64,000 nt of DNA from an uncultured bacterium (GTDB lineage Bacteria > Patescibacteriota > Minisyncoccia > Phycocordibacterales > PALSA-1337). Both the position numbers and the translations under genes were made by a program. Under the pieces are notes generated by a model. That model was not told the DNA's origin. It saw only the letters and a list, made by a program, of their open reading frames with translations, and ran no database searches. Within the stretch, counting starts at the first letter, position 1. Every line of letters starts with the position of its first letter. Shown here in pieces: positions 48,180 through 57,134 of this stretch. Location of the stretch: positions 7,299 to 71,298 of the forward strand of contig CAIQIZ010000009.1 in NCBI GenBank assembly GCA_903872035.1, in the 5' to 3' direction.

Positions 48180-50096
48180 TCAATCCACTTTCAACACCTT
48201 TTTGAGGATGTCTTCTGGGACTTCGCTGGCAGCCGCTGGCGCTTTCGGCGCAGGGACTGTCGGTGGTACAACTGGATTTTGAGGCACAATTATTGGTTGA
48301 GCCGCGGGCGGATTTTGACTGACTGGCTTATGAATTTTTCCCTTCCCCAAAACCGCCGCCAAAGCGCTCTTCAGATCGGCGACATTCTTCGGTGATTGAA
48401 CTTTTGGATCCTGCTTTGGGAACAATGGCTTAGGCACCAATGAAGACAATGGAACTGATTGGGCCTTCGGCAACTCAGGCTTGGTAGGCGCCACTTGAAT
48501 CGGCTGGATTTTGGCCGGCTCCACCTTTATCGGCGGGACCTTACTTGGCTCGACTGCGATCGCGGCAGGCTTTACCGGGATCGGGGACGCCGAGGTCACC
48601 ACCGGCATCGTCTTTGCCTTATCTAGAGTCTCCTTCAAATGAGCGAACGGTTTGATGAGCGGCCTCGCAGTGGCTGGGATCGGAGAATGAACTGGATCTG
48701 ATGTCGGTGCCGGCGACTTGCTCGGCTCTCGAACAGCCTGCGGAGCGGCGGTTGCTGAAGGCGCTGACGGAGTTGGAGCTTGGCTTTTTACGATCGGCTT
48801 GACGACCACCGTCGGCTCATGGAACTTCAGGATCTCTGCCTCGACTTGTGCTCTCGGTCTTGCAAACTGTTCACGAGAAGCGTCGATGATCTCTTTGACA
48901 TAAGAGACGTCCGGATGCTCGATGGGCGGCAAGGTAACAGCGGAAAATGGCGGCGATGTGAGACCGTCGATCATCAATTTCAAATATATTTGTGTGAACC
49001 CGAGGTTAACCAAATCTTCGATGACGAATTGTGGAGAGAATTCCTTTTCCAATTCTTCCGCGTCAGTGGCACCGACTCTAAACGTGATCATGGTCCCAAC
49101 GTTGCCGAAGACGGCAGGTCTGACGATCTCATCCATCTGCTCTATATATTGGTGGGCTATGGTCAGGTTCAATTTGTATTTTCTCGCCTCAGAAAGGATG
49201 TCGGCGAATGAGGCGTTGGCAAAGTTCTGGAATTCGTCCACGAATAGATAGAAGTTCGGCAGCATCCGAGCCACACGGTCTGGCGTATCGGCTCGCGACA
49301 TCGCCGCCAGATAGATCTTGGTCACCAACAACCCTCCGAGGAGCTTCATATTCTCATCACCTATCCTTCCCTTCGAGAGGTTGATGATGATGATCTTTCT
49401 GTGATCCATCGCCTCACGGAAATCAAAGGATGAATGCGGCTGGCCGATCATGTTCCTAATGAGCGGATTTGCGGTAAACTGTCCGACTTTGTTTTGGATG
49501 GCCGGAACTGCTTCTGCTGCCATGCGCTCTGTATAGTTGGCGAACTCCTTGACCCAGAAAGTCTTTACCGACGGATCCTGAACATGTGAGATGATCTCCT
49601 TGCGATAATCCTTATCAGAGAGCATCCTGTTCACTCCGAGCAATGTGGTTCCTGGCGCTTCGAGCAAAGCCAAAAGAGTATTAGTCAAAATGTATTCCAT
49701 GCGTGCCGACCAGGCGTCTTCCCAGATCTTTTTGAAAGTGCTCATGAGACCAGAAGCGACCAGATGCCGTTTCTGTGAATCGACGCTTTCCAAAACATTG
49801 AATGAGATCGGATTTTCCACATCGAAAGGAGCGATGTATATGACATCGCGAATGCGCTCTTTGGGGACGTATTCCAAAAGGAGGTCGGCGGTCTTGCCGT
49901 GTGGATCGATGAAACAAATGCCTTCGCCGCCTTGGATATCTTGCACTGCCATATTCTCCAACATGGTGGATTTGCCCATGCCGGTCTTTCCGATGACATA
50001 GACGTGCCTGGTGCGGTCCTTGGCTTTGATACCGAATCTCACCCGCTTATTACGGGCGTCTGTCTGGCCAAAATATGTGATGCGATTTTCGTCCAT
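48180..50096 (-). CDS. VirD4/TraG-like (HerA/FtsK superfamily) ATPase with Pro-rich C-terminal tail
   Basis: Walker A GKTGMGKST, FIDPHG, Walker B LFVDEFQNF, EARKY, HQYIEQ. Confidence 0.88.
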   Translation of the reverse strand: MDENRITYFGQTDARNKRVRFGIKAKDRTRHVYVIGKTGMGKSTMLENMAVQDIQGGEGICFIDPHGKTADLLLEYVPKERIRDVIYIAPFDVENPISFNVLESVDSQKRHLVASGLMSTFKKIWEDAWSARMEYILTNTLLALLEAPGTTLLGVNRMLSDKDYRKEIISHVQDPSVKTFWVKEFANYTERMAAEAVPAIQNKVGQFTANPLIRNMIGQPHSSFDFREAMDHRKIIIINLSKGRIGDENMKLLGGLLVTKIYLAAMSRADTPDRVARMLPNFYLFVDEFQNFANASFADILSEARKYKLNLTIAHQYIEQMDEIVRPAVFGNVGTMITFRVGATDAEELEKEFSPQFVIEDLVNLGFTQIYLKLMIDGLTSPPFSAVTLPPIEHPDVSYVKEIIDASREQFARPRAQVEAEILKFHEPTVVVKPIVKSQAPTPSAPSATAAPQAVREPSKSPAPTSDPVHSPIPATARPLIKPFAHLKETLDKAKTMPVVTSASPIPVKPAAIAVEPSKVPPIKVEPAKIQPIQVAPTKPELPKAQSVPLSSLVPKPLFPKQDPKVQSPKNVADLKSALAAVLGKGKIHKPVSQNPPAAQPIIVPQNPVVPPTVPAPKAPAAASEVPEDILKKVLKVD

Positions 50097-50161
50097 GATG
50101 AAGATCAAACTACGTACATGTCAGTGTAATTATATCACGGAATCTCCGGGATTTGCTATAT

Positions 50162-50199
50162 AAAAAGAGACCCCTCGCCGCTAAGGTGCGACGAGGGGT
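50162..50199 (-). terminator. Intrinsic terminator
   Basis: CCCCTCGTCGC-ACCTTA-GCGGCGAGGGG then TCTCTTTTT on minus strand. Confidence 0.8.
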
Positions 50200-50217
50200 G
50201 AGGAGACCTGAAATTGG

Positions 50218-50469
50218 TTAAGCGAACAGCAGGCCTCTGGGACTAAAGGCGGTCGATTCCCTCCGCAGAGGAGGTACAGGAGGGCGCAATTTCCTTTCAA
50301 CCTTATCACGGAGCGCCCGCTCATCTTGAAAGTACACGTTCGGCTGAGAAAGGAAAGCGAGTGCTCTCCCAACTTCATCCGAGTCCGTAAGTTTAACGCG
50401 TTGACGTGTATCCTCCTCACCTTCTTTAGGTGGAATTCCGACCGGTATCCGAGTAATTACTCGAGCCAT
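50218..50469 (-). CDS. Small hypothetical protein (83 aa)
   Basis: ORF between a promoter-like sequence (~50585-50615) and a strong terminator. Confidence 0.5.
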   Translation of the reverse strand: MARVITRIPVGIPPKEGEEDTRQRVKLTDSDEVGRALAFLSQPNVYFQDERALRDKVERKLRPPVPPLRRESTAFSPRGLLFA

Positions 50470-50625
50470 AGGTATTACTTCTCTGTCGTTTCTTGCCTGT
50501 ACAAGCCTATCTGAAAAGAGGAACCGATAACTGATACTAAAGGAGCAGGCGAATACAGATCTTTGGTTGTTTCGCTCCGGAAATAAATGATACCACGAAT
50601 CTAAAGTAAAGCAAGTAGCTGTGGA

Positions 50626-51882
50626 TTACTTCAGCAAAAGCGCCTTTGGATCATAGACGCTTGCCGCGTCCCAGAGCATCCAACTAGTCAGTCCGGAATC
50701 ATTGGTGGCTTTGATCTGCTCACGGATCATAGCTGGCGTGTATTTAGCGCCGAGGTCGAAGGATTGCAGCCATGGCCGTAGCTTATTCTTGTCATAGACA
50801 GTCTTTGTGTATAGTTGCGGCGACGTCGAAGCGATAGGTTCCAAACCTTGAGACTTGTCACGAGTAGTCGTGGCTTCGGCTTTGGCAATGGCTTTATCCA
50901 TAGAATACTTTACGACTTCATAAGGATGCTCCGCCGGTTTGGTGTAACCGAGAAAGCCATGCGCAAAATGGGATGGATATACCATCGGGGCGACATAGTC
51001 GAAATATGGCAAAGCATCGAGGAGGCTTTGGCCGATACCGAGATCATCTTCGGAACTGGTAGTCAGCCCAAAGAAATCAGCTGAAAGAGGGATGCTCGTA
51101 GAAGCAAACTTTTCGCGCAAATAGAGGAAAAACGAGCGCATGACTTCTTCTCTATTGCGGCCGTCGCTCCAGACATAAGAAATGTCCTTCATGTTCCCAT
51201 CAGAAGGATAACGGATGTAATCAAAGTTTAACTCGTCGAAACCATCAGCATAAGCTTCATTGCCGATAGACACCAAATAATCCCAAACTGGCTGGGCTCC
51301 AGCATCCAACCATTTGACTCCTTTGTAATCAGCCCAAACGCCCCCTTCTTTGGTCTTGACCGCCCATTCTGGGTGGAGATTTACCAGAAACGTATCTTGA
51401 AATGAAGAGATACGTCCGATGACATAGACACCCTTGTCATGCAATCCCTTTATGTACTCCTTTATGTCGGGGATGCGTTTTTCTGCCGACCCGATCGCTT
51501 GCAGCGCAGGATCGTCCACGGGAAAACTGATCCGTCCAGTATAGTCTTTTATATCGATAATCACCGCGTTTATCTCCGTCGATGTGACAAGGTTGTCAAG
51601 CTCGCTTCTAAATTTCTTGTTGCCAGCTGCCCAACTGGTCATGTAGACGGCCTTGAGCGGATCCGGGGTCGCAAGGTGGTAGACCACTATGCTCGATGTC
51701 GCAACTGCTCGGCTCAGGTCTGCCGGCGACGTCGTCGCGATCTCGACAACTTCGACCTTGTAAGTGGTATGACTGGAAAACAAAGTGAGTGAAGCGACGA
51801 CGCAAAGCACGATGATAATACAAGCGCCGACCAATATAGCCATGATACGCGTTGCTCCAATATCCTGCCACCGGTTACTCAT
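50626..51882 (-). CDS. Putative glycoside hydrolase (DUF4015-like), membrane anchored
   Basis: AVYMT, NAVIIDIKD, GFDELNFDYIRYP, PMVYPSH, RPWLQ, WMLWD. Confidence 0.82.
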   Translation of the reverse strand: MSNRWQDIGATRIMAILVGACIIIVLCVVASLTLFSSHTTYKVEVVEIATTSPADLSRAVATSSIVVYHLATPDPLKAVYMTSWAAGNKKFRSELDNLVTSTEINAVIIDIKDYTGRISFPVDDPALQAIGSAEKRIPDIKEYIKGLHDKGVYVIGRISSFQDTFLVNLHPEWAVKTKEGGVWADYKGVKWLDAGAQPVWDYLVSIGNEAYADGFDELNFDYIRYPSDGNMKDISYVWSDGRNREEVMRSFFLYLREKFASTSIPLSADFFGLTTSSEDDLGIGQSLLDALPYFDYVAPMVYPSHFAHGFLGYTKPAEHPYEVVKYSMDKAIAKAEATTTRDKSQGLEPIASTSPQLYTKTVYDKNKLRPWLQSFDLGAKYTPAMIREQIKATNDSGLTSWMLWDAASVYDPKALLLK

Positions 51883-52157
51883 TTTTGCTCCGGAGGATTT
51901 TGGTTGGTAATGGTTGATGCTGTTGAAGAGGTTGGGGCCGTTTTTTGTTCGGTCGTAACTGGGGCCGACTTGTGCTCGCTAAAAGGAACGTCTGCAGATT
52001 TCACTGGTTTGACTTTTGGCGCGAAAGAATAAGCTATGAGAGCCACGACGATACCACAAAAGACCGCCCAAAATTTCTGGAATCCCAGCGGGAAGCCGAG
52101 GAACGGGACGATGGCGACCAATACGCCGATGATCATTAATACCTGACGTTTGGACAT
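51879..52157 (-). CDS. Small membrane protein
   Basis: Two TMs (PFLGFP); start MSKRQ follows TGCTACAAT; ATGA overlap downstream. Confidence 0.7.
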   Translation of the reverse strand: MSKRQVLMIIGVLVAIVPFLGFPLGFQKFWAVFCGIVVALIAYSFAPKVKPVKSADVPFSEHKSAPVTTEQKTAPTSSTASTITNQNPPEQK

Positions 52158-52176
52158 GATGTTCACATTGTAGCAG

Positions 52177-52674
52177 ATGATATATGCGCTTGCGAATATG
52201 GCGCGAGATGATAGGATAGCGCCAGAAAGCAAACGTATGAACGCACGTCCCGAACCGCTCCTTCCGGAGCACTTCCGACCACGCAATGAGAGCAAGCCTG
52301 TCGCCTGGCTCCATATCGGCAACCATCGGTTCATCGGGTTTCTACAGAGGATCTGGAAAGACCATGACAATGAACGTATCTACCGGGTTGAGATCAATCC
52401 CCGAGCAGAGATCATATATGTACCATCGTCACCGCCGACCTCTGACAAAGATGCCTGGTTCGGAAAAGACGATGAGATACAGATCTTAAACAGGGACTCT
52501 GATATGCAACCATTCGCTATTGTAAATCATCGTCCCATCGCACAAAACAGATCTCCGGAAACTATCATCATCCGCTTCGGGGAAGACGGCATGCTAGAAA
52601 TTTCGAAGCGTAAAAAAGACATCGCCTCCGTAACTTCCCTCCTGGGAAACGGCTGTGACGATTCAACTGACTAA
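52177..52674 (+). CDS. Hypothetical protein
   Basis: 165-aa ORF filling the gap; start uncertain. Confidence 0.45.
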   Translation: MIYALANMARDDRIAPESKRMNARPEPLLPEHFRPRNESKPVAWLHIGNHRFIGFLQRIWKDHDNERIYRVEINPRAEIIYVPSSPPTSDKDAWFGKDDEIQILNRDSDMQPFAIVNHRPIAQNRSPETIIIRFGEDGMLEISKRKKDIASVTSLLGNGCDDSTD

Positions 52675-52707
52675 TCTTGGCTCGGAAACTCCTTCCGCGC
52701 CATTTTA

Positions 52708-52767
52708 TTCTGACGAGCGAGGACGTGTGACTGCGAAGCAGGCACAACGTCCGAGTCGAAGTCAGAA
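52708..52767 (+). repeat. Palindromic element family C, copy 2
   Basis: TTCTGAC-GAGCGA-GGACG-TGTG...CACA-A-CGTCC-GAGTCGAA-GTCAGAA. Confidence 0.78.
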
Positions 52768-52786
52768 CACAGGGGTTCAATACCCT

Positions 52787-53548
52787 TTATTTATCCGAGA
52801 CTATGACCACGAATTCTCCTCTGACTTTATCGGGATGTGAATTGAAATAATCCAACACTTCTTTGGGAGTGCCGCTGACCACTTCTTCGAATATCTTGGT
52901 CAATTCGCGACAGACCGTGACTCGCTTCGTGAAGGTGTTCCCGCTTTGTCGCTGGCCCACAGCGCCCAAATCGGGAATACCTTCCCGAAGCTTTTCCCCT
53001 TCCTCCTTGCCTAGGACCTCCAATGTCTTCATGATCCTATGCGGCGATTCGTAGAAGACGACTGTACGTTCCGAGTCGGCGATCTCTTTGAATAAGGTCT
53101 GCCTACCCTTCTTGTGCGGCAAGAATCCAAGAAATATGAAGTCTGCACATGGGACACCTGCAATAGAGAGAGCGGCTGTCAAAGCTGAGGGACCAGGAAT
53201 AGCTTCAATTTTTATCGTACCTGCCGCGATCTCTGTCATCAATGATTCGCGTATATGTCTTACCAATTCAGAACCTGGATCCGAAATCCCCGGAGTCCCA
53301 GCATCAGAGACCAATGCGATATTCTTTCCTTCTTTGAGCAATTGGATCACTTCCTCTGTCCGAGAAAGTTTACTGTGAGCATGATATGAAAGCGTGCGAG
53401 AAGCGATGCTGTGGCGAGAGAATAGCTTCTTGGTGACGCGAGTATCTTCGCAAAGCACCAGATCTGACTTCTTCAAAGTCTCCAGCGCCCGGAGCGTGAT
53501 ATCTTCAAGATTTCCTATAGGGGTGGCTATGACGGATAAAGTTGACAT
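52787..53548 (-). CDS. rsmI: 16S rRNA (cytidine1402-2'-O)-methyltransferase
   Basis: ATPIGNLEDITLRA, CEDTR, SDAGTPGISDPG, YESPHR, RELTK. Confidence 0.96.
   Translation of the reverse strand: MSTLSVIATPIGNLEDITLRALETLKKSDLVLCEDTRVTKKLFSRHSIASRTLSYHAHSKLSRTEEVIQLLKEGKNIALVSDAGTPGISDPGSELVRHIRESLMTEIAAGTIKIEAIPGPSALTAALSIAGVPCADFIFLGFLPHKKGRQTLFKEIADSERTVVFYESPHRIMKTLEVLGKEEGEKLREGIPDLGAVGQRQSGNTFTKRVTVCRELTKIFEEVVSGTPKEVLDYFNSHPDKVRGEFVVIVSDK
52925..52990 (-). repeat. Palindromic element family B, in-frame in rsmI
   Basis: 66-bp hairpin with core TTTGGGCGCTGTGGGCCAGCGACAAA. Confidence 0.85.
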
Positions 53549-53578
53549 GGCGCCACATTAGCACAATTTCAAGGCGGC

Positions 53579-53630
53579 GGAAATGTTTTCGTTTGAGCGC
53601 TGTGGGCCAGCGGCAAACGAAAACATTTCC
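53579..53630 (+). repeat. Palindromic element family B, intergenic copy
   Basis: GGAAATGTTTTCG-TTTGAGCGCTGTGGGCCAGCGGCAAA-CGAAAACATTTCC. Confidence 0.85.
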
Positions 53631-53655
53631 AGAGCCTGAAAATCCATACATACCA

Positions 53656-53684
53656 TTGACCAATAATCGTTATATCTATAGACT
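53656..53684 (+). promoter_or_regulatory. Sigma70-like promoter, leaderless geometry
   Basis: TTGACC-17 nt-TAGACT, ATG 7 nt downstream. Confidence 0.6.
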
Positions 53685-53691
53685 GTATTTT

Positions 53692-54930
53692 ATGTCATCA
53701 AACACTACTAAAATCATATATGTCAGCCGAGAGATAGAAAGAGCCTTGGGCACAGCTCCGAGCCAGAATTATCATATAGTTTCCAACCTGACTCCTTACG
53801 GACAAGCCGTCAAGGATCAGTATCCTGATTTCGTCACATTGATAAAGAGCGGCGACACCGACCTTCTCGGAACTACCGACCTTTTGAACCATCCGGAGAC
53901 GTCGAAATTGATCAGCGATGATTCGCGTCTATTGGTATTCAAGAACACCCTGCGAGTCGAGACTGCCGCCAAAGAGAACCATTGGCAGCTTTTGAATCCA
54001 GCAGCCGCTGTCTCAGAAAGAGTCGAGAATAAGCTTTCTCAAGTCCGCTGGCTTGGGACCGTCGGTCAAAAATATCTCCCCTCCCACGCTGTCAAAGTCG
54101 CCAAATTCATCACTTGGAAAGGAGATTCTCCTTTCATAATCCAATGGGCTCACGGCCACACTGGCGATGGAACCATCCTTATCAAAACTGCAGAAGATCT
54201 GCGCGCCCTCCAAGAAAAGTTTCCGGAACGCATGGCCCGCATAACTGGCTTCGTCGATGGACCATCATTTACAGTGAACGTTGTCGTCACTCCAGAACGT
54301 ATCCTCATGGGCAATGTCAGTTACCAGATCACTGGCCTTCAACCATTCACAGACAATGAGTTCAGCACCATAGGCAACGATTGGGGCGCCGCCAAGAAGA
54401 TCCTTTCAACGAGCGACATGCAAACGATCCAAGCCATCACCGCTGAGATTGGACAAAAGATGCAAGCTGACGGCTGGAAAGGCCTGTTCGGCATCGATTT
54501 CATCCGCGAAGAAAAAAGCCAACGTATCTATCTCATAGAAGTAAACGCCCGCCAGCCAGCCTCCTCGACGTTCGAATCATTCTTGCAAGAAGAAGCTCGG
54601 GCTAAAGGAGTCCGTGGATTGACCACTTTTGAAGCTCATATCCGCGCCTTGCTCGGCCTACCCATGGACCAAGACCTGATCGCCATAGATGACGGTGCCC
54701 AGATCATTCAGCGCGTCACCAAGAATGTCCAGAGCATATTCGATGATGCCGGGAAAGAGCTACGCAAGAAAGGCTACACGGTACTCACCTACCAAAACAG
54801 CGCACCAAATTCCGACCTGCTCCGCATCCAATCACCGACCGGCATTTTGGAAAGTCATCGTGTCTTCAATATTAAAGGTAAAGAGATCGCCGAAGCTATC
54901 AAATGCTCGCATTTCAAGATCGAGGTGTAG
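53692..54930 (+). CDS. ATP-grasp ligase
   Basis: ENK, HGHTGDGT loop, FVDG, GLFGIDFI, YLIEVNAR. Confidence 0.85.
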   Translation: MSSNTTKIIYVSREIERALGTAPSQNYHIVSNLTPYGQAVKDQYPDFVTLIKSGDTDLLGTTDLLNHPETSKLISDDSRLLVFKNTLRVETAAKENHWQLLNPAAAVSERVENKLSQVRWLGTVGQKYLPSHAVKVAKFITWKGDSPFIIQWAHGHTGDGTILIKTAEDLRALQEKFPERMARITGFVDGPSFTVNVVVTPERILMGNVSYQITGLQPFTDNEFSTIGNDWGAAKKILSTSDMQTIQAITAEIGQKMQADGWKGLFGIDFIREEKSQRIYLIEVNARQPASSTFESFLQEEARAKGVRGLTTFEAHIRALLGLPMDQDLIAIDDGAQIIQRVTKNVQSIFDDAGKELRKKGYTVLTYQNSAPNSDLLRIQSPTGILESHRVFNIKGKEIAEAIKCSHFKIEV

Positions 54931-55000
54931 GGCAAAGTAGCGGAATATTTTCGGAGACCATGAAACGTTGCTGATTTTGCGTTACAATAGAACATCACTT

Positions 55001-55789
55001 ATGCCCACAGCCACACTCGGAATCAAAGCCCTTTCGATCATCGATCAATACGTCCACTTCAAGTTCGGATCGGCTGTCTGCTCTGTTCCCTATTTCAATA
55101 ACAAGACCGTCGGAGCCAGGGCGGCTCTGCGGGCGACCATAGGCAAAGGCAATCCGAAAGATATCCTGGACGAGGTTCAATCGATCGCCGTAAAGTCTCA
55201 CTTTGATCCAAAAACATTGACTGATGAATCTTTGAAGAAATTTCTAGTAGATCACAATCTTGGCATCGAGTGTTCCGGTTTCGCCTATTACATTTTGAAC
55301 GCTGAATCGGAAGAGCGTGGCAAAGGCGCTTTAGATAAACATCTCCACTTCACCAAAGCTGGAGGCTTTTTCGGAATGGTCCGCACCAGATTACGTCCTG
55401 TTGAGAATTGCGCTGTCGCCACTTTCGCCGACGATAAAAATAGTTCAGCCATTTCACTTAATGACACGCAACCAGGAGACATCATTACCATGCTAAACGA
55501 TGGTAATGAATCTGAGCACGACCATATTTTGATTGTGACCGAAATTGAATTTGAAAATTCCCAATCAAGTTCCAAGCCGACTAAAATCCATTACGCCCAC
55601 GCTGTCGCATATCCAGAAGACGGCCTTCTTGGAACCGGCGTGAAGCAGGGGGTCATTGAAATCAGCGCTGATTCAAATTCAATCACTGATGGTCTCTGGT
55701 CAGAAAATGGATCAACTACAAAAGCTGAACGAATCTTTAATCGCGCAAAGAAATCAAAAACAGAGATCAGAAGATTGAGGTGGTTTTGA
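55001..55789 (+). CDS. NlpC/P60-like cysteine peptidase, no signal peptide
   Basis: GIECSGF, QPGDII, HDHILI, YAHA match the NlpC/P60 Cys-His-His layout. Confidence 0.65.
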   Translation: MPTATLGIKALSIIDQYVHFKFGSAVCSVPYFNNKTVGARAALRATIGKGNPKDILDEVQSIAVKSHFDPKTLTDESLKKFLVDHNLGIECSGFAYYILNAESEERGKGALDKHLHFTKAGGFFGMVRTRLRPVENCAVATFADDKNSSAISLNDTQPGDIITMLNDGNESEHDHILIVTEIEFENSQSSSKPTKIHYAHAVAYPEDGLLGTGVKQGVIEISADSNSITDGLWSENGSTTKAERIFNRAKKSKTEIRRLRWF

Positions 55790-55938
55790 GCTCGGTGGAA
55801 ATGTCTACGAGCCGATTCGCAATGCGATTTGAGCCATGAACAAATTGCCCGTATGAGCTGAATCCCTGGAAGCGCATACGGCTGCAATTTGGAATGGCGA
55901 CCTTGCGAGGAGACGAGGAGACATTTCCATCGAGCTCA
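55787..55938 (+). repeat. Rod-like palindromic element family A, copy 2
   Basis: Terminal stem TGAGCTCGGTGGAAATGTCT/AGACATTTCCATCGAGCTCA; core matches 7068-7215. Confidence 0.9.
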
Positions 55939-55988
55939 TACAAAACACGACTTGAATCAACACCTTTCCGCGTGGTATTGTGTTCTCG

Positions 55989-57134
55989 ATGCTTACCATC
56001 CTTCAGGGCACCGCTGATTTAGCCTATATCATGGGTTTTACGCTCATCGGCGCTGTCGTAGCCTTTCTTTGGGCACCATTCCTATCGCGCGCCCTATTAC
56101 GCCTACACGTCATCAAAGGCGTCAAAATTGAGCTAGCAGCCATAGGTAATCAAGCTTACAAAGCCATCACGCCGACTATGGGCGGGCTTCTGGTTGTCAT
56201 AACTGTTGCGCTCGTCACCTATGTCTTGAATTGGTCACGAAGTTTTACTTATGTACCGATCGGCGTCATGCTCATCTCCGCCGCTTTGGGTGCGATCGAC
56301 GACCTGATGAATATCTACGGTTCCGAACGCCGCTCACGAAAGCTAGGACATCAGTTGACACTCATCAAAGTCCATAAAGAATGGAAAATGCGTTTGTGGT
56401 ACATCACTACTTTGCCGTGGACAGCCTTCAAGCGCATGTCCGTCTGGTTCGGTTCACGCACTTCCAAAGGAGTGTTCGTCCACGAAAAGCTCATCCTCCA
56501 ATTCATCGCCGGCGCTCTGACGGCCTACTGGATCTGCGCCAGGCTCGGTCCCGCTTGGCATTTCATATATTTCCCTCACTTCAACCTCTTGCCGCTCGCT
56601 TCTAGCTGGAATGCTGGCATACTCATCGTTCCCATCACGATCCTGATCGTCATGTTCACCGCCAATGCCGTGAACATCGCCGATGGTATGGATGGCTTGG
56701 CCGGCGGCATGCTTATCATGACCTTCAGTGCTTTGACTCTTTTGTCGTGGATCAACGGTTTCGGCGAGATCGCCATCCTGAACGCAACGACGGTTGGAGC
56801 TCTGGTTGCTTATACTTATTTCAATATCAAGCCGGCCCGATTTATTTTTGGCGATGTAGGTTCATTGGGCTTAGGAGCGCTCCTCGCCGTGAACGCCATG
56901 GCTATCGGCGAGACAGCATCTCTGTTCTTCCTTGGCTTCATGTTCTACATCGAAGCTATTTCAGTCGTTCTTCAGATCTTCTCCCGCTACGTCTTCGGCC
57001 GCAAGATCTTCCGCATGGCTCCCCTTCACCACCACTTCGAATTGTCCGGCTGGAGCGAAGAAAAGACCGTCATGAGATTCTGGGTGCTCCACTTCATCTT
57101 TGTGGTCTTCGGATTTTGGTTGGCTCTACACTAA
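55989..57134 (+). CDS. mraY: Phospho-N-acetylmuramoyl-pentapeptide transferase
   Basis: TPTMGGL, GAIDD, NAVNIADGMDGL, FGDVGS, MAPLHHHFE; start after TTGAAT..TGGTATTGT promoter. Confidence 0.93.
   Translation: MLTILQGTADLAYIMGFTLIGAVVAFLWAPFLSRALLRLHVIKGVKIELAAIGNQAYKAITPTMGGLLVVITVALVTYVLNWSRSFTYVPIGVMLISAALGAIDDLMNIYGSERRSRKLGHQLTLIKVHKEWKMRLWYITTLPWTAFKRMSVWFGSRTSKGVFVHEKLILQFIAGALTAYWICARLGPAWHFIYFPHFNLLPLASSWNAGILIVPITILIVMFTANAVNIADGMDGLAGGMLIMTFSALTLLSWINGFGEIAILNATTVGALVAYTYFNIKPARFIFGDVGSLGLGALLAVNAMAIGETASLFFLGFMFYIEAISVVLQIFSRYVFGRKIFRMAPLHHHFELSGWSEEKTVMRFWVLHFIFVVFGFWLALH

Noticed and set aside
48180-50096. Conjugative element or ICE
   Set aside because: No relaxase, integrase, VirB genes or att repeats seen.
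53542-53691. N-terminal extension of the ATP-grasp ORF
   Set aside because: Runs through the family B hairpin and the promoter; the start at 53692 fits better.
56747-57133. N-terminal 129 aa of ORF 56747..57817
   Set aside because: Overlaps mraY in another frame; the likely start is the ATG at 57134.
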